Part shown: positions 36,136 through 51,269 of the stretch, one piece after another
Layout of the letters: each line of letters begins with the position of its first letter
Position numbering within the stretch: the stretch's first letter is position 1
Assembly (NCBI GenBank): GCA_964016885.1
Contig: OZ024742.1
Location: 174,220,001-174,284,000 of the forward strand
DNA: 64,000 nucleotides
Source of the DNA: Eledone cirrhosa
Lineage: Eukaryota
Direction: 5' to 3'
The notes under the pieces: model-generated
What the model saw: the letters and a program-made list of their open reading frames with translations, nothing else
Database searches by the model: none
Told to the model about the DNA's origin: nothing
Position numbers and translations under genes: made by a program

Positions 36136-36320
36136 TTGTTTCTACTTTTGGTACAGGGCCAGCAATTACCCAATACATTACTGGAACTTTATTTTATCGA
36201 CCCTGTAAGGATGAAAGGCAAAGTTGACCTCGGCGGGATTTGAACTCATAATGGAAAGGGCCGTAACTCTATGCGTCAAAGCATGACGTAAGACCCTCTA
36301 CCGATACTGCCAATCCACCG
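36136..36320 (-). mobile_element. Meta-like tRNA SINE
   Basis: Reverse complement matches the family. Confidence 0.85.
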
Positions 36321-37020
36321 ATTATGATAATAATAATAATAATAATTTAAGAATAAGAAATTGCTCAGACAAAATGTATCCAAATACCATGCGGAATATA
36401 TGTTTATAATATATGTGTCATCATCATCATCATCATCTTCGTTTATCGTCCATCTTCCATGCTAGCATGGGTTAGACGGGAGCATGTGTGAGTGTTTATA
36501 TATATATATAGATATATAAATACATACACATGAATACATATGCACATCAGATGCAAATATATGTACACACAGGCAAATCATCATTATTTTTTTATGATTA
36601 AGTTGATAGTATTTGTATGTATATGTATATATATATATGGTGGCTGCCAACTCGTTTTCGAGTACGGCCACTACTTTATATCCATGTAGGAGAACCCCTA
36701 CCGATGTGCTGAACGAGTGTGACTTTTTAGTCCAGCCAGCGACTTAAAAACCCTGGTACAAACACTACACTTGTGACAATTCTTGACACATAGTGGTGGG
36801 CCCATGGTACCATGTGACGACAAGTGCAGAGAGATCTCCAGATATAAAGCAATGCCTGTGCCGTGAAGCTTTTATAGTGAGCAAAGGCATTGCACAAAGC
36901 CAGTCCCACTCTCTTAACCAAGATGATATTTACCAAAAAGAAGAAAAAGTCAACATCATTGGATACCATCAGGGTTGCAGGTGTTATATCATATATACAT
37001 ATATACGAACATATACATAT

Positions 37021-38425
<1,405 letters not shown>

Positions 38426-38943
38426 CTGGTGCATATATATCTGCGTACATCAGATAAATTGCTAAACTAAAATAAACAGATAAAACCGTTCTATGCATTA
38501 TTCTCATCTTTATCATGTAACATAGAAATCTTTGTAGCCATAAAACTATTGTGTTTATCTTAGAAATAAATATAATTTCATGTTCAAGATATTATTGTCT
38601 TTCTGTTGAGGGGAAATACACAAATATTTAGACGTAAAATTGTTCTTTTTGCTAGTGGACATATATAAAGCGCTGACGAAAATTGCGATAAGTCAACTTA
38701 TGTCTGTTGTGTGGAGATCATTAAAACAGATAGGTGTTTCTTGTTGAAAGACTTTGAAAGACTTTTCACCGAAAACATAGGAATACATTCAAACAACATT
38801 AGAGGTAGAAAAGGGATAGTTTATTGTACATGCAACACTGACGTCTCAAAATATATATTGCTGCTATTAATATTGAGATTATATTCTACATCTTATTATT
38901 ATCATTTTCTTCTCCTTCTTGTTATTATTATCATTATCATATT

Positions 38944-40415
38944 GGCGGTGGATTGGCAGTATCGGTAGAGGGTCGGACGCCATGCTTTCCAGCATAGTTA
39001 CATCCCTTTACGATCTGAGTTCAAATCCCGCCGAGGTTGACTTTGCCTTTTATCCTTACGGGGTCGATGAAATAAAGTACCAGTAATGCACTGGGTAATT
39101 GCTGGCCTTGTGCCTAAAGTAGAAACAATTATTATCATTATCATCATTATCATTATTATTATTATTGTTAAGGTTATTATTATGAATGTGATGAATTGGA
39201 TGTATCGGGAGAGCGTCGGACCAAATGCTTTGTTGCATAGAGTTAAGGATTTTTACATCCTGAGTTTAAATCTCACCGAGGTTAGCTTAGCCTTTCATCT
39301 TTACAGGGTCGTTAAAATAAAGTACCAGTAATGCACTGGGATCGATTTAATCGACTTTCCTCTCCCCGAAATTGCTGGCCTTGTGCTTATATAAGAAACC
39401 ATTATTATCATCATCATCACGTTATTAGGCAGCAATTGACACATTGAAGGGTTAAAAACAATAGTATTTCGCCAATGGTATCTCTCCTTCCTCCAAAATA
39501 CTGGGCTTGAGCTTAGAAACAATCTTGAAAGTGATGGATTGACAGTATTAGACAATATGCTTTGCAACATATAGTTATCTCCCTTTATGTTCTGATTTCA
39601 AATCCTGCTGAGATTGCCTTTCATCCTTATGGAGTGGATAAAATAAAGTACTCTTCCCTTCAAATTGCTGGTCTTGAGCCAAATGTAGAAACAATAATTA
39701 ATATTATTATTTATTTAACACGCTGAATTGGCAGTATCGGTAGAGGGTTGGACACCATGCTTTCCAGCATAGTTACGTCCCTTTACGATCTGAGTTCAAA
39801 TCCCGCCGAGGTTGACTTTACCTTTCATCCTTACGGGGTCAATAAAATAAAGTACCAGTAATGCACTGGGTCTTTGCTGGCCTTGTGGCTAAAGTAGAAA
39901 CAATTATTTATTTAACACCCATATTCCTTGCTATTATTTCTTCAAGGGCGGTGGATTGGCAGTATAGGTAGAGAGTCGGACGCCATGCTTTCCAGCATAG
40001 TTACGTCCCTTTACGATCTGAGTTCAAATCCCGCCGAGGTTGACTTTGCCTTTCATCCTTACGGGGTCGATAAAATAAAGTACCAGTTATGCACTGCGTA
40101 ATTGCTGGCCTTGTGTCTAAAGTAGAAACAATTATTTCTTCAATGGCTTAAGACAGACTTTAGACTTTAGATTTATTTCTTCAACAGTTTCAACAAAGTT
40201 TCTGCTGCATCACCAGCTGCATCTCCATGTTCTGCAGATAGGGTAGTGGATTGGCAGTATCGGTGGAGGCTCGGCCGCAGAGTTACGGCCCTTTACGTTC
40301 TGAGTTCAAATCCCACTGAGGTTAACTTTACCATTCATCCTTAAGGGGTCAATAAAATAAAGTACCAGTAATGCACTGGGATAACTGCTGGCCTTGTGCT
40401 AAAAGTAGAAATAAT
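38944..40415 (+). mobile_element. Cluster of six co-oriented Meta-like SINEs (~38944, 39195, 39535, 39722, 39946, 40241)
   Basis: Repeated A box, B box and body; TSDs TTATTTATTTAACAC (39722 copy) and ATTATTTCTTCAA (39946 copy). Confidence 0.85.
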
Positions 40416-40429
40416 TATTTCTTCAATGT

Positions 40430-40710
40430 GGAGGCACATGGCCTAGTAGTGTTGGACTTACGATCATAATGTCGTGGGTTCGATTCCTAGCTTGTGTGTT
40501 GTGTTCTTGAGCAAAACACTTCATTTCACGTTGCTCCAGTATAATCAACTGAAAATGAGTACCAGCAATAGCTGGGGATTTAACCCTGTAATGGACTGGT
40601 GTCCTGTTGCAGGGGAAGTATTGTACTCTCAGTTGTTTCATGCCATGAAACCGGGATAAGCTCCTGCTAAATGAGCCTTCTAGTTTAAGATATATTTTAG
40701 ACTTTAGATT
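40430..40710 (+). mobile_element. tRNA SINE with CORE-like and V-domain-like body
   Basis: GGTTCGATTCC B box, CTTGAGCAAAACACTT, CCCTGTAATGGACTGGTGTCCTGTTGCAGGGG, GAAACCGGGATAAGCTC. Confidence 0.65.
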
Positions 40711-41349
40711 TCTTTCTTCAACAGTTTCAACAAAGTTTCTGCTGCATCACCAGCTGCATTTCCATGTTCCTCAGATTGGTTGCAGCATCTCATATTCTTA
40801 TTTTCTGTGGCAACAGGGAGGTGGAAATCTATAGACTCCTATCAGCATACTGCTTCAGTCTCATTTTTGTTATGGTGATTAGCTTGCTGTTTCTGGTGTT
40901 ATTTCAGTGTTCGGTTGTGTATTGTGTGTATAATATCAGTTGTGTTACTTTGTTTGGTGCTGCACATGTTTTGTATATATTGTGTTATCAATATCATGTG
41001 CCTCTGTGTTGGTTGTGAGGTGTGTAAACTTGTGTAGCATTGTGTTGTGGCTGCCTAGGACGTTTGTTGTGCAAGTTACTGTATTACGGTGTTAGATAAC
41101 AGTAATGTAAGAATATGTATTGTTATTTTATTAGGTGTTGAACCTCTAGATGTTATATTGTAGGATTTGTGTTATTTCATTAGGAGATTATAGTATAGAT
41201 TCGGTGTTGTGTGTGAAATATTTGTATGTTTACACAAGTATGCATATACGCATGCATATACGCATGCATATATAGGAGTTGTTACATGAGCGTAGGCACG
41301 TGTATGTAAATATATATATATATACACACACACATATATATATATATAT

Positions 41350-41389
<40 letters not shown>

Positions 41390-41392
<3 letters not shown>

Positions 41393-42560
41393 TTTAGTTA
41401 ACATAAAACATTGTGAATATATCATAAAAGACTTATAATTTTCAAAAAGCTGGTAAAATGCAGTAGAAAAATATAAAGGGCAAATGATGACAAATAAAAC
41501 AAAACAAAATAATGTTTTACCCAGTATATTTCAACATATTTCAGGGCTATAAATCTCTCTTCATATGTGAAGCTGAAACATTTCAATATAAAATGAAAGA
41601 TCAGTGTGTTCTTCCTAAATTGGCCTATGTGTCTGTAATACACATGCATGAAGTCGTTATAGTAACCAGTCTCCCTCATTCATTTCCGATCTATTATTTA
41701 TCTGTGCTTTTTTTTCCCGATTGATGATAATGACCTTTTTGAATCTTAAATTGCCTATATTTATTTCTGTCACCTCTATGGTGACCTCAATGTCTTGGCT
41801 GCAGCATGTGTCAAGATGTTCTTTTAAAAGAAGAAATTCCCATCATCATGTACTCTTTGATCTGTATATGCAGTATCTGGACAGTTTTTTCAATGAACAA
41901 GGAGCTACATTTTTTACTTGTTATCTTATAGACTATATACTCTCTCAGGCACACCTTTGCATTGTTGATGGGATAATTAGGAAGTGTGCACTTATCACTG
42001 TGTGTGGGTTGCTGTCTGTGGAGCAGTCTCCTCAAGGAGGGTCCCGAGTGCACCAGCTATATATTCAGTCCCTCCCTATGGATGGCTTGTCTGTTGGCAG
42101 CTATCATCTTCTCATTGAAATATGGCAGCTTTAGGTAGCATATGCTATCTCTAGAGGCATGTGTCCTTGTTCTTTTAAGCATTACTGGCTTGGTATTTCG
42201 ATGTTTGGTGCTAACATTTGGGTAGCAGTTTTCAGTGAGAACTCTCTAGAATTCCACTGTGCTGGTGTATTTATCACTACCCTCATTGCATCTGTTGCAT
42301 ATCTAAGAGATTTAATTCCATATATACGTCATTTTGGCTCTGCAGGGAAGAGCAGAGTCATGGTGCATAAAAAGTCTCTGTAAGCATCCTTATTGTAAAA
42401 TGTTGTGTACATGGCTCTTTTTTCTCTCACTCTTAGTATAAGGTTGAGTAGAGAGAGGAATCCAGATGTGTCTGGGTGCTCAACTTCAAATTTCATGTGT
42501 TCTTTAACGTTTTCAAAGATGTAAATTTTGACAGTTTCTTCATGAGAAGATGTGAGCATA
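41390..42560 (-). mobile_element. Penelope-like element 3' fragment (RT thumb + GIY-YIG), degenerate
   Basis: MKFEVEHP..GFLSLLNL..TTFYNK; CLREYIVYKITSKKCSSLFIEKTVQILHIQIKEY; bounded by (TA)n. Confidence 0.7.
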
Positions 42561-42599
42561 TATATATAAATATATATATATATGCTCATATATATATAT

Positions 42600-42920
42600 A
42601 TCATCATCATCGTTTAACGTCTGTCTTCCACGATAGCATGGTTTAGATGGGTATGTCCCACTTGAGATTAGTCGGGTCGGGTCACCGTATCTCAGTCGTA
42701 TAGGACCGTATATATATTATCATCATCGTCACCTTTCAACGTCTATTTTTTTCCATACTTGATGGGTTAGACAGATCGTCCACACTATGAGACAAATCTG
42801 GCCAGTTGGCCACACCATACCTTCCTCAAATGGAACTGCATTTTGGCTGGAGTTTTTTACAGCTGGATGCCCTTCCTAACACCAACCACGTTTACAGTGT
42901 GGAACTAGGTGGTTCTGTTA
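42600..42920 (-). mobile_element. Two RTE-tail-derived non-autonomous fragments
   Basis: (CAT)nCGTTTAACGTC tail, a second diverged tail at ~42720, and the GCTGGATGCCCTTCCTAACACCAACC module. Confidence 0.7.
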
Positions 42921-44711
42921 TGAGGAGGGTGTAGCCAGTAGGCTGTGCTGAACCCTGCTCATAGAGAAACCATATTTTGGGAGCTGGGGTCTTGTTATGA
43001 TTGAGGTCTGCTTTACAGTATTCATTCTGGCTCTCTGTGCTCGAAGTTCAAATTCCACCAAAGTCAACTTTGCCTTTTGCCCTCTCAGGCTTGATAAAAT
43101 AAAGTACAAGTTAGGTATTAGAGTTGATGTAAGTGACTTTCACCCTTCACAAATTGTTGGCCTTGTGCCTAAATTAGAAATCATTATTATGATGAGAAAT
43201 TATAATATCTTGTATTTGTTTTGCAAATTTCTGTTAAATTGAGTGTTGAAAGAGATATTGTTATATTCTGGAAGGGTCATATTGCAAATAAAACACATCC
43301 ACCTTCTGAGTTTCACTTCTGCTCTAATACTAGTTAGGTAACTTAGTCATTTCTAAGTTGGTTTAGTATCCGAACGGTTGTATAATTGTAAATTTAATTG
43401 TCAAACATTCTCAATTAAATTTTTTGCTCTTCTATGTCTCCCCTGTGACTATTCGTGATGTACTGCTATTGAACATTCCATGTTGGAAACCTTATGTATT
43501 TCTGTATTTTGCCTGTAACATTTTGAAATATCTACATCTGTGTTCACGTATTTTGAATATCTCAGCTTCAAAAGATCCTGAATAGGGTGAACACAAAGAT
43601 TCTGTACATTAAATTTGTTCAAATATTAAATACTTTCATATATGTATATATACGTGATAATTAATTATTTTTATTATTATTGTTTCAATTATTATTATCA
43701 TTATTATTATAATTTTCCATTCAATACACCAGAAGAACAAAATGGAAGATATATTTGAAAGATTTGAATAATGAGAGAGAGACCTAACTTCCACTTACTA
43801 GAAAATGTATGAAAAAATCAAAATACAAAAATGTTAAATAAAAATATTATATATATGTACATACAAAAATTAGACATGGAGTGAATAAGATGAAGCTTGA
43901 GATATATTTCTATATAAAGCTCAGTTAATTCTCACAGCATTATATATATAATACAAATTATATCTATTGAATCTGAAGAAAACAATCGTGGATTCATATA
44001 TTTTACAAATGTATGAAGAAGTAGATAGATATGACAGAAGAAAAGAATAGAGGTACAACAAAACAATGAGAACTCTTCTTCTTCAGAAGAAGCAAAGCAC
44101 ATCTACAATAATAGTAAAAATACAAGGATATTGAGAAGACGACAAGTAAAGCATATCAACAAAACAATGAACTCATTATCTATAAAACCTACACCGGAAT
44201 TCTCCAACAAACTAAATGAACTCTATAGACATGTCTACAACTAATTCCACACCAAGGAACTATATATATATATGTGTGTGTGTGTATATATGTGTATATA
44301 TATATATATATATATTGTTATACTTTGGGAGGGTCATGTTGCCAATAAGAAACACAAGCACCAGTTGCTTTCACTTCAATTTATCATACATTAAATTTAT
44401 AAATTTAGGAATTTATAAATTTCCGGTTGGTTGGTTCCACAACCAGACGATTGTTCATATATTGTCAAAGTTCTTTCATCACACATTTTGTGACCTCTTC
44501 AGTGACTGGAATTCTTTTCTTTCTTTTTTGTTTTTGTGCCTCTCCTTTGTTCTGTCCTACGCCATCTTGTTTTTGTGTGTGTTGTGTGCTTAGTTTGCGC
44601 ATGTGTTACATCCGGGTGTCTGTGTGTGTTTATATTTGTTTATTTATTTGTTTATTTACATGTTACTGGTTGGTTGTTTGTTCTATCTGTGTGTGTGTTT
44701 TCATTTTGTCC

Positions 44712-46980
44712 TTAATTGTAAGTTGTGATGTTGCTATTCCATTCATGCTTTCTATTTAATTTTGGTTGGAGTTCATTTATGTTTATTGCCTCTGTGATTT
44801 GTCTAAACATTGCGTCTTTTCTGTGTGTAGATTCTATTTGTATTTCTATGTTCTCTAATTTACCCTTATGTTCTATTTTAGCAAGTTGGTAGAGTACAGA
44901 TGATTCTTTACTATCTTGAAACTCTCGCCAGTGTTCATCTATCCGTTCTCCTATACTACGAGCTGTCTCACCTATGTACACTATATTCTTATCTCTACAT
45001 TGTCCTTCAGTACATCTTATGCTATATACTACATTTCTAGTTTTACAGTTAATATGGGGGCTTAGTTTACAGATTATACATTTCTTATCTATACAGGGAG
45101 GTCTTTGAAAAGGGTATGTATTGCTAATAAGTGTTTTTATGGAGGTACCTAGTCTTTCTACTATCTTAATATTGACTTTATGTTTATCTAGGGCCCTTCT
45201 GAATTTGTAAGCTAATTCACCTCTAGGGGTTGTATTGATGAACATTACACTCTGGTATTTATTGCTATCATAACATGAGTTTATTCTATTAACCTTATTC
45301 CTAGTTCTTTCTATTCTATTCCAAAATTTGCTCCTATACAAGGGGCAGGTCCCATTTGTATCATTATTTAGCATTTTTTCCCATTTGGTTCTGGCTCCTC
45401 TATATACTCTGATCTTATCTCTCTGATTGTAACCAGAGAACTGCATACGGTGGATGAAGTGTTGTATGTGTCTCTCTAGTTCTTTGGGGTTGCACATGCG
45501 GGACACGTTTCTCATCACCCGTACCAAATCCGCAATCAGTATGTTGATTTTGGTGTGGTCCGAAACAGCTGAGTTTCGGTGGATCAGATATTTGGAAGTC
45601 ATGGGTTTGGCATAATGGGAATGGAGGATCTGTTTTTTGTTATTGATAGTATCTAACCAGAGCTCTGTGTCTAGTACAGGTAATCGATGGTTGGGGTGTT
45701 TGCTTGGGTAGTCTATTGTAACTCTAATACTCTGGTGGATGGTGTTAGCTATTTGCTGGATGCTTTCCATGGTGTTTTTTCTCTAATTCCTGACTGTTTT
45801 CTAGTGGGGGTGTTTTTACTACGATGTTTATATCATCAACATAGCAGGAGTACATTATCAGGGTTAAGAGGTTGCTGTCTTCTAATTGTTCTTTAAGTTT
45901 AAGTTTAAGTCTATTGTCCCACCATACCATGAATAGGTTAGCTATGTCACCTGCAATGCTAACACCAATGGCTGCTCCCTCCTCTTGGGCATATGTTTGT
46001 CCATTAAATTTGAACATATGTTCCTTAAGGGTTAATTTTATACTGGCCCCCACCGCATGTGCAATCATTTTCTTTAGTTCATCGTGGTTTTTGGGGATCC
46101 GTATGGCTCTGGTCCACCCGTTCCATCTTTCTGTGTGGGTTTTCTTGGCCATTGAGGTAATGGTAGGTGGTCTGCCTCTTGCTGATCTTGTAGGGCACAG
46201 GTTGCTAAGGTCATATGTATCTAGATAATTATTACTATAAGTAATTTTAAGTAGGAGTCCCTGCTTACTAGTATCAATTCCACGGAATTCAACATTGCTC
46301 TCACTGATCATTTCTACGCATTTCTCCACAGCAAAATCCACGTCAATAGGTGGATACAGGGACACAACATCCATACTGTCTATTATGTAGTTTGTTAGGT
46401 CCCTAGATTGGTTACCTTCGCCGATTCTGCGGAGGAGGTCCTCCGTGCTGTCACATATATCTGGGGACATTTCAATGATGGGGCGTATGATCAGGGAGAG
46501 GAAGTAGGAAAGTCTGTAGTTACTAGCAATGTTAGCTCCACAGGGTCACTGCTTGTTTTATGGTCTTTTCGAAGCCAATACAATGCTGGCACGTCATTGT
46601 TCCAGGCCTGGAAGTTGTTGGCAGTCATTTTGTTGCGCTGCATTATGATTGTCCACATCATCATATGGGCATTGAGGATTTTTTCCCTATCCTCATGTTC
46701 TTGTGGTGTTACTTCTCTTGTGTTAGTGATGTGGGTTTGCATTGCCTGGATGTAGTTTGACAGACTGTCAACCTAGAATCTGCCAGAAATGTCTGTTAGA
46801 AAGCATGCAATCTCTCCATTACGCAAGCGCTGCATGAGCTTACGCAAGCCATTTGCAGATTTTTCTCCCAGTTGCTGGGAATCAATTCTATTTTGCTTCT
46901 TACTATACTGTTCTATAATGTTTCTAAGTTTAGATCTAGCTTTATTAAAGTGTGCTTCTGTTTGTTCATCGACCTGCGAT
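44712..46980 (-). pseudogene. PLE reverse transcriptase + GIY-YIG endonuclease (frameshifted, 5'-truncated)
   Basis: TDISGRF, LYWLRKDHK, SMDVVSLYP, GAAIGVSIAGDIANLFMVWWD, YVDD, LPVLDT, RMQFSGY, PLYR, CIDKKCIIC, NVVYSIRC..VYIGETARS..R..EH, RQITEA, LNRKHEW. Confidence 0.9.
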
Positions 46981-47494
46981 ATAAGATGTACTGAAGGACA
47001 ATGTAGAGATAATAATATAGTGTACATAGGTGAGACAGCTCATAGTATAGGAGAACGGATAAATGAACACTGGCGAGAGCTTCAAGATAGTAAAGAATCA
47101 TCTGTACTCTACCAACATGATAAAATAGAACATAAGGGTAAATTAGAGAACATAGAAATAAAAATAGAATCTACACACAGCAAAGACGCAATGTTTAGAC
47201 AAATCACAGAGGCAATAAACATAAATGAACTCCAACCAAAATTAAATAGAAAGCATGAATGGAATAGCAACATCACAACTTACAATTAAGGACAAAATGA
47301 AAACACACACACAGATAGAACAAACAACCAACCAGTAACATGTAAATAAACAAATAAATAAACAAATATAAACACACACAGACACCCGGATGTAACACAT
47401 GCGCAAACTAAGCACACAACACACACAAAAACAAGATAGCGTAGGACAGAACAAAGGAGAGGCACAAAAACAAAAAAGAAAGAAAAGAATTCCA

Positions 47495-47537
47495 GTCACT
47501 GAAGAGGTCACAGAATGTGTGATGAAAGAACTTTGAC
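47495..47537 (+). ncRNA. Minimal hammerhead ribozyme in the pLTR (mirror copy at 44464-44506, minus)
   Basis: GTCA-CTGAAGA-gGTCACA gaatg TGTGAT-GAA-AGaaCT-T-TGAC; CUU site; ~200 bp downstream of the GIY-YIG stop. Confidence 0.6.
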
Positions 47538-47747
47538 AATATATGAACAATCGTCTGGTTGTGGAATCAACCAACCAACCGGAAATTTATAAATTCCTAA
47601 ATTTATAAATTTAATTTATAATAAATTGAAGTGAAAGCAACTGGTACTTGTGTTTCTTATTTGCAACATGACCCTCCCAAAGTATAACAATATTGCTTTC
47701 AACACACGTTTTCAGGTAAAGAATCTTGCTAAACAAATTCAGAAAAG

Positions 47748-47837
<90 letters not shown>

Positions 47838-48654
47838 GGAGAGATACATATATATAATTATAAATGAAGTAAGATACAAAAAATTTCAGAATGTTAAGAG
47901 ATTAATAATAAGGAATGTAAATTGAAAAAATTAAAATAGATTCATAATCATTATGAACATCATCATAGTCATCAACACTATCATAATCATCACCATCATC
48001 CTTATTGTCCTTATAATTGTTGTGGCAATCATCTTTGTCATTGACTTCATTGTCATCAGTGGCAGCACTGACACAGTGTGATTCAGAATAAAAGCATATA
48101 TGATTCCATATACCACATATCTTCAGCTGTAAATATCTCACAGCTATTGTAGCATAAGGATAAGTGCAGTGGATGAATTTTACCGCTGTCATAGTCCATC
48201 AGCACTTGCTCACTTACATAACTTCCATCCAGATGCTGCAGTATGGAATTACATAAATGTCTTCTGATGTATATCCCAAACAATTCAACAAAAAGAGATC
48301 GATGATTTAAGTATGAGATTTGAATTAGTAAGTACTAGGGACAATATGGGTGACTAAATTCTTTCAAGACTGTGCCCTGCTGTCTAATGAATGAAACCAG
48401 CAAAAAACTAAGATTTATGAATTCTTCTTCTTCCTGCCACATGTTGGGGCACATGTTGGAGCAGAGTTCTGAGCCACATGTCCATAGAATCAGTACTGTA
48501 ATCTCTCAATTCAGAGTAGCAGCTCCCTGATCCTTGAACTACATATCCTATTCAATTAACATTACCCCAAAGACCCTTCGGATGAACCCTATTTTGGCAG
48601 CTTGTATTTGTGATTGTACTTTTTCAATGATTACCCAAAATCCACGACCAAAGG

Positions 48655-48855
48655 CCATTTACAGTGTGGGCTAGGTGCTTTTCATTGTGATACCTACATG
48701 AACACTTTACAGTGTGGGCTTGGAAATATGTGTCATGACACCTACATGACCACTTTACACTGTGGGCTGGGATATTTTTGTCATGACACCTACACAATCG
48801 TTTTAAAGTGTGGGCTGAGTGCTTTTTGTTGTGATACCAACTTTACAGTGTAAGG
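48655..48855. repeat. Tandem ~50-bp copies of the RTE/SINE UTR module TTTACAGTGTGGGCT..ACCTACA
   Basis: Four to five visible units; similar arrays at 9380-9540, 50740-51060 and 59600-59770. Confidence 0.75.
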
Positions 48856-49044
48856 GTGTTGTGATAGTAAATATCAGATGTGATGATACTAAATACTAGA
48901 TGATGCAGTATTGTCATACTGAATATCATGTATCATAACAATAATTATCAGATATTGTGGTATCAAAGATCACTTGATATGATACTAGATACCAGAATGT
49001 GTGTTAATGTGAGAAAAAAAAATATTATGACATTTTGATACAAT

Positions 49045-49342
49045 AATATTTGCATGAAACTGGGTATAAGAAGAACCAGATAGGTGTGCTGATATGGACA
49101 TATGATGCATATGGATGATCATTGTGTGAAAAAGTCTCAGGAGATGCCAGGGAAAGGATGGTGTGGTAGAGGAAGATGGAGAGATAGCTGGGAAAAGGTG
49201 GTTAGAGTTGATCTCAAAAGGAGGAAACTCACAGATGATAAAGGAACACTACATGTTGAGGGAATTTGTGCTGAAAAAGACCTAGAGGACCCATGGAAGC
49301 ATGGAAAAATGGACGTAAAAGGAGGAGGAGGAGGATGAGGAT
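49045..49342 (+). mobile_element. RTE 3' fragment
   Basis: YGHMMHMDD..GRGRWRDSWEKVVRVDL; tail GGACGTAAAA(GGA)n. Confidence 0.75.
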
Positions 49343-49364
49343 GCTATTGTCACAACAAACATCA

Positions 49365-49674
49365 GATAAAGAGTCAATGCAAGTATACAGCAAAACTACA
49401 ATATTCCTGGTATTGATAATTTACAAGGATATTGGTTGAAAGAGCTGAACCCTTGCCACAAAATTATATCTGAACAATTAAAACATATTATATGACAAGG
49501 GAACTCTTATCAGAATGGGAGTAGAGGAAACAGAAGGTAGAAATGTTCTATATTTGAAAGACATAAACAAAGGCAATGCATCTCATAAAGGTAAACCAAT
49601 TCCATGTTTACCATTGATGTGGCAGTTGTTTATAGGCATTATAGCAAATCACAGGAATAGATATGTGGAAATAC

Positions 49675-49713
<39 letters not shown>

Positions 49714-49960
49714 GTTATATATATATATATACACACATACACACACACATACATCACACAGATTCTGAGAGATCACAGGAAATGTTAACAGGAACAAATG
49801 ACCATTTATTGATATAGATTAATATAACAGGATTCTATATAAAGTGATATACAAACCCTGTGATGGTCATGGTTGATTATAAAATATAAAAAAAAAATGG
49901 ATAAAAGTTGCACAGAAATAATAATAGATGCTGCAGAAAATCTAACAACTGATTACAGAA
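49365..49960 (+). mobile_element. R4/Dong-like (RLE-type) LINE RT fragment
   Basis: PGIDNLQGYWLKEL; EGRNVLYLKDINKGN..PIPCLPLMWQLFIGIIA; GTNDHLLI; split by a microsatellite. Confidence 0.7.
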
Positions 49961-50272
49961 AGGATAAGCCACCAGGGACCGAATTAAATTTGGTCCCTCA
50001 AAAGTGTAAATATGGCTAAGTGACTAAAAGCTTTGCAATCACATAGTTTTTGGTTCGGTCTCATGGCATGACACCTTGGACAAATACCTTCTTCTACAGT
50101 GTCAGACTGACTAATGTCGTGAGTGAAATTTGGTAGTCCAAGAATGAACCAAAGCCTGTCATATATATTTTATTTCTTTGGTATTTCTTCTTACAAGAAT
50201 AAAAGAGCCCAGTTTTAAATGCATACTCACAACACATTAATAGAGAATATATATTTTATTTATGTTATTTAA

Positions 50273-50452
50273 CCCTTTAGCATTTACATTACTCTATATT
50301 TATCTCACAGAATAATGAATCTATGGGATTTTGATATAACTTATTTTGAGAACAATACCTTAATGTCAGTATGAGAAGCTGGTTATGGCCAATTTGTACA
50401 GAAAGAGGTGAGAGAATTCTGGTCAGATACAGCCAGTTTCAATGCTAAAGAG
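50273..50452. mobile_element. piggyBac-type MITE
   Basis: TTAA|CCCTTTAGCATT...AATGCTAAAGAG|TTAA. Confidence 0.75.
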
Positions 50453-51150
50453 TTAAGCTTTACAAACAAATTCTCCAATCTCTCTTTACTGAAAAAATAA
50501 CAGGGATTGTATATATGGGTTGTGAATATACACGTGTGTGGGCATGCATATAATATTAATGATAAGAACTACTTTTCTGAGAATGTAGAGTCATCATCAT
50601 CATCATCACTGGTTAATGCCTATTTTCTATGCTTACATGGGTTAGACAGGTTGTCCTGTTTTGAGACAAGACAAGAAAGGTGACAATGTCTAACTCCTAC
50701 ATTCCATTTTGATTTTGTGTCAAAGTTTCAATGCCCTTCTAACACCAATCATTTATAGCATGTACTAGGAGCATAGTTTCTATGGCTGAATCCCTGTCAT
50801 AATGCCAACCACTTTACAATGTGTACTGGGAGTATGGTTTCTAGGGCTGGATGCCCATCCTAACACTAACCACTTTACAGCATGTACTGAAACATTTATC
50901 ATGACTCCGGCACTACCACCTTACAGGTTGGACTGGGTGGTTTTGTCATGGCACCAGCTTTACTGTCTACAGTGTTGACTGGGTGCTTTTCTTCGTGGCA
51001 CCAGCACTACCACTGTACAAAGTGGGCTGGGAGTATTTCTATCATAGCACCATCACTAGGAAACCCTTGCCAGAAGTATGTATTTTTATTGAAGGTACAG
51101 AGAATAAAATGTTTTACAGCTACTCATGAGTTTTTTCTCAATGGAGATTC

Positions 51151-51269
<119 letters not shown>

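Larger units (their letters stand above)
44312..47750 (-). mobile_element. Penelope-like retroelement (Naiad-like) with inverted ~710-bp terminal repeat
   Basis: RT + GIY-YIG on minus strand 44712-46980; 44312-45020 is the reverse complement of 46981-47693; both outer ends abut (TA)n. Confidence 0.92.

Noticed and set aside
36640-36985. Possible 5' end and APE start of another LINE
   Set aside because: Only weak KVNIIG similarity; insufficient to call
43555-43610. TTCAAAA-ATCCT/AGGGT-GAACA hammerhead-like relic and a possible PLE N-terminal fragment at 43700-44260
   Set aside because: Core mutated at two positions and no diagnostic protein motif
44712-45770. Selenoprotein-type Naiad (in-frame UGA + SECIS)
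   Set aside because: The ORF is open with ordinary Cys codons through the Zn-linker and endonuclease, and I see no SECIS-like hairpin in the AC-rich 3' UTR
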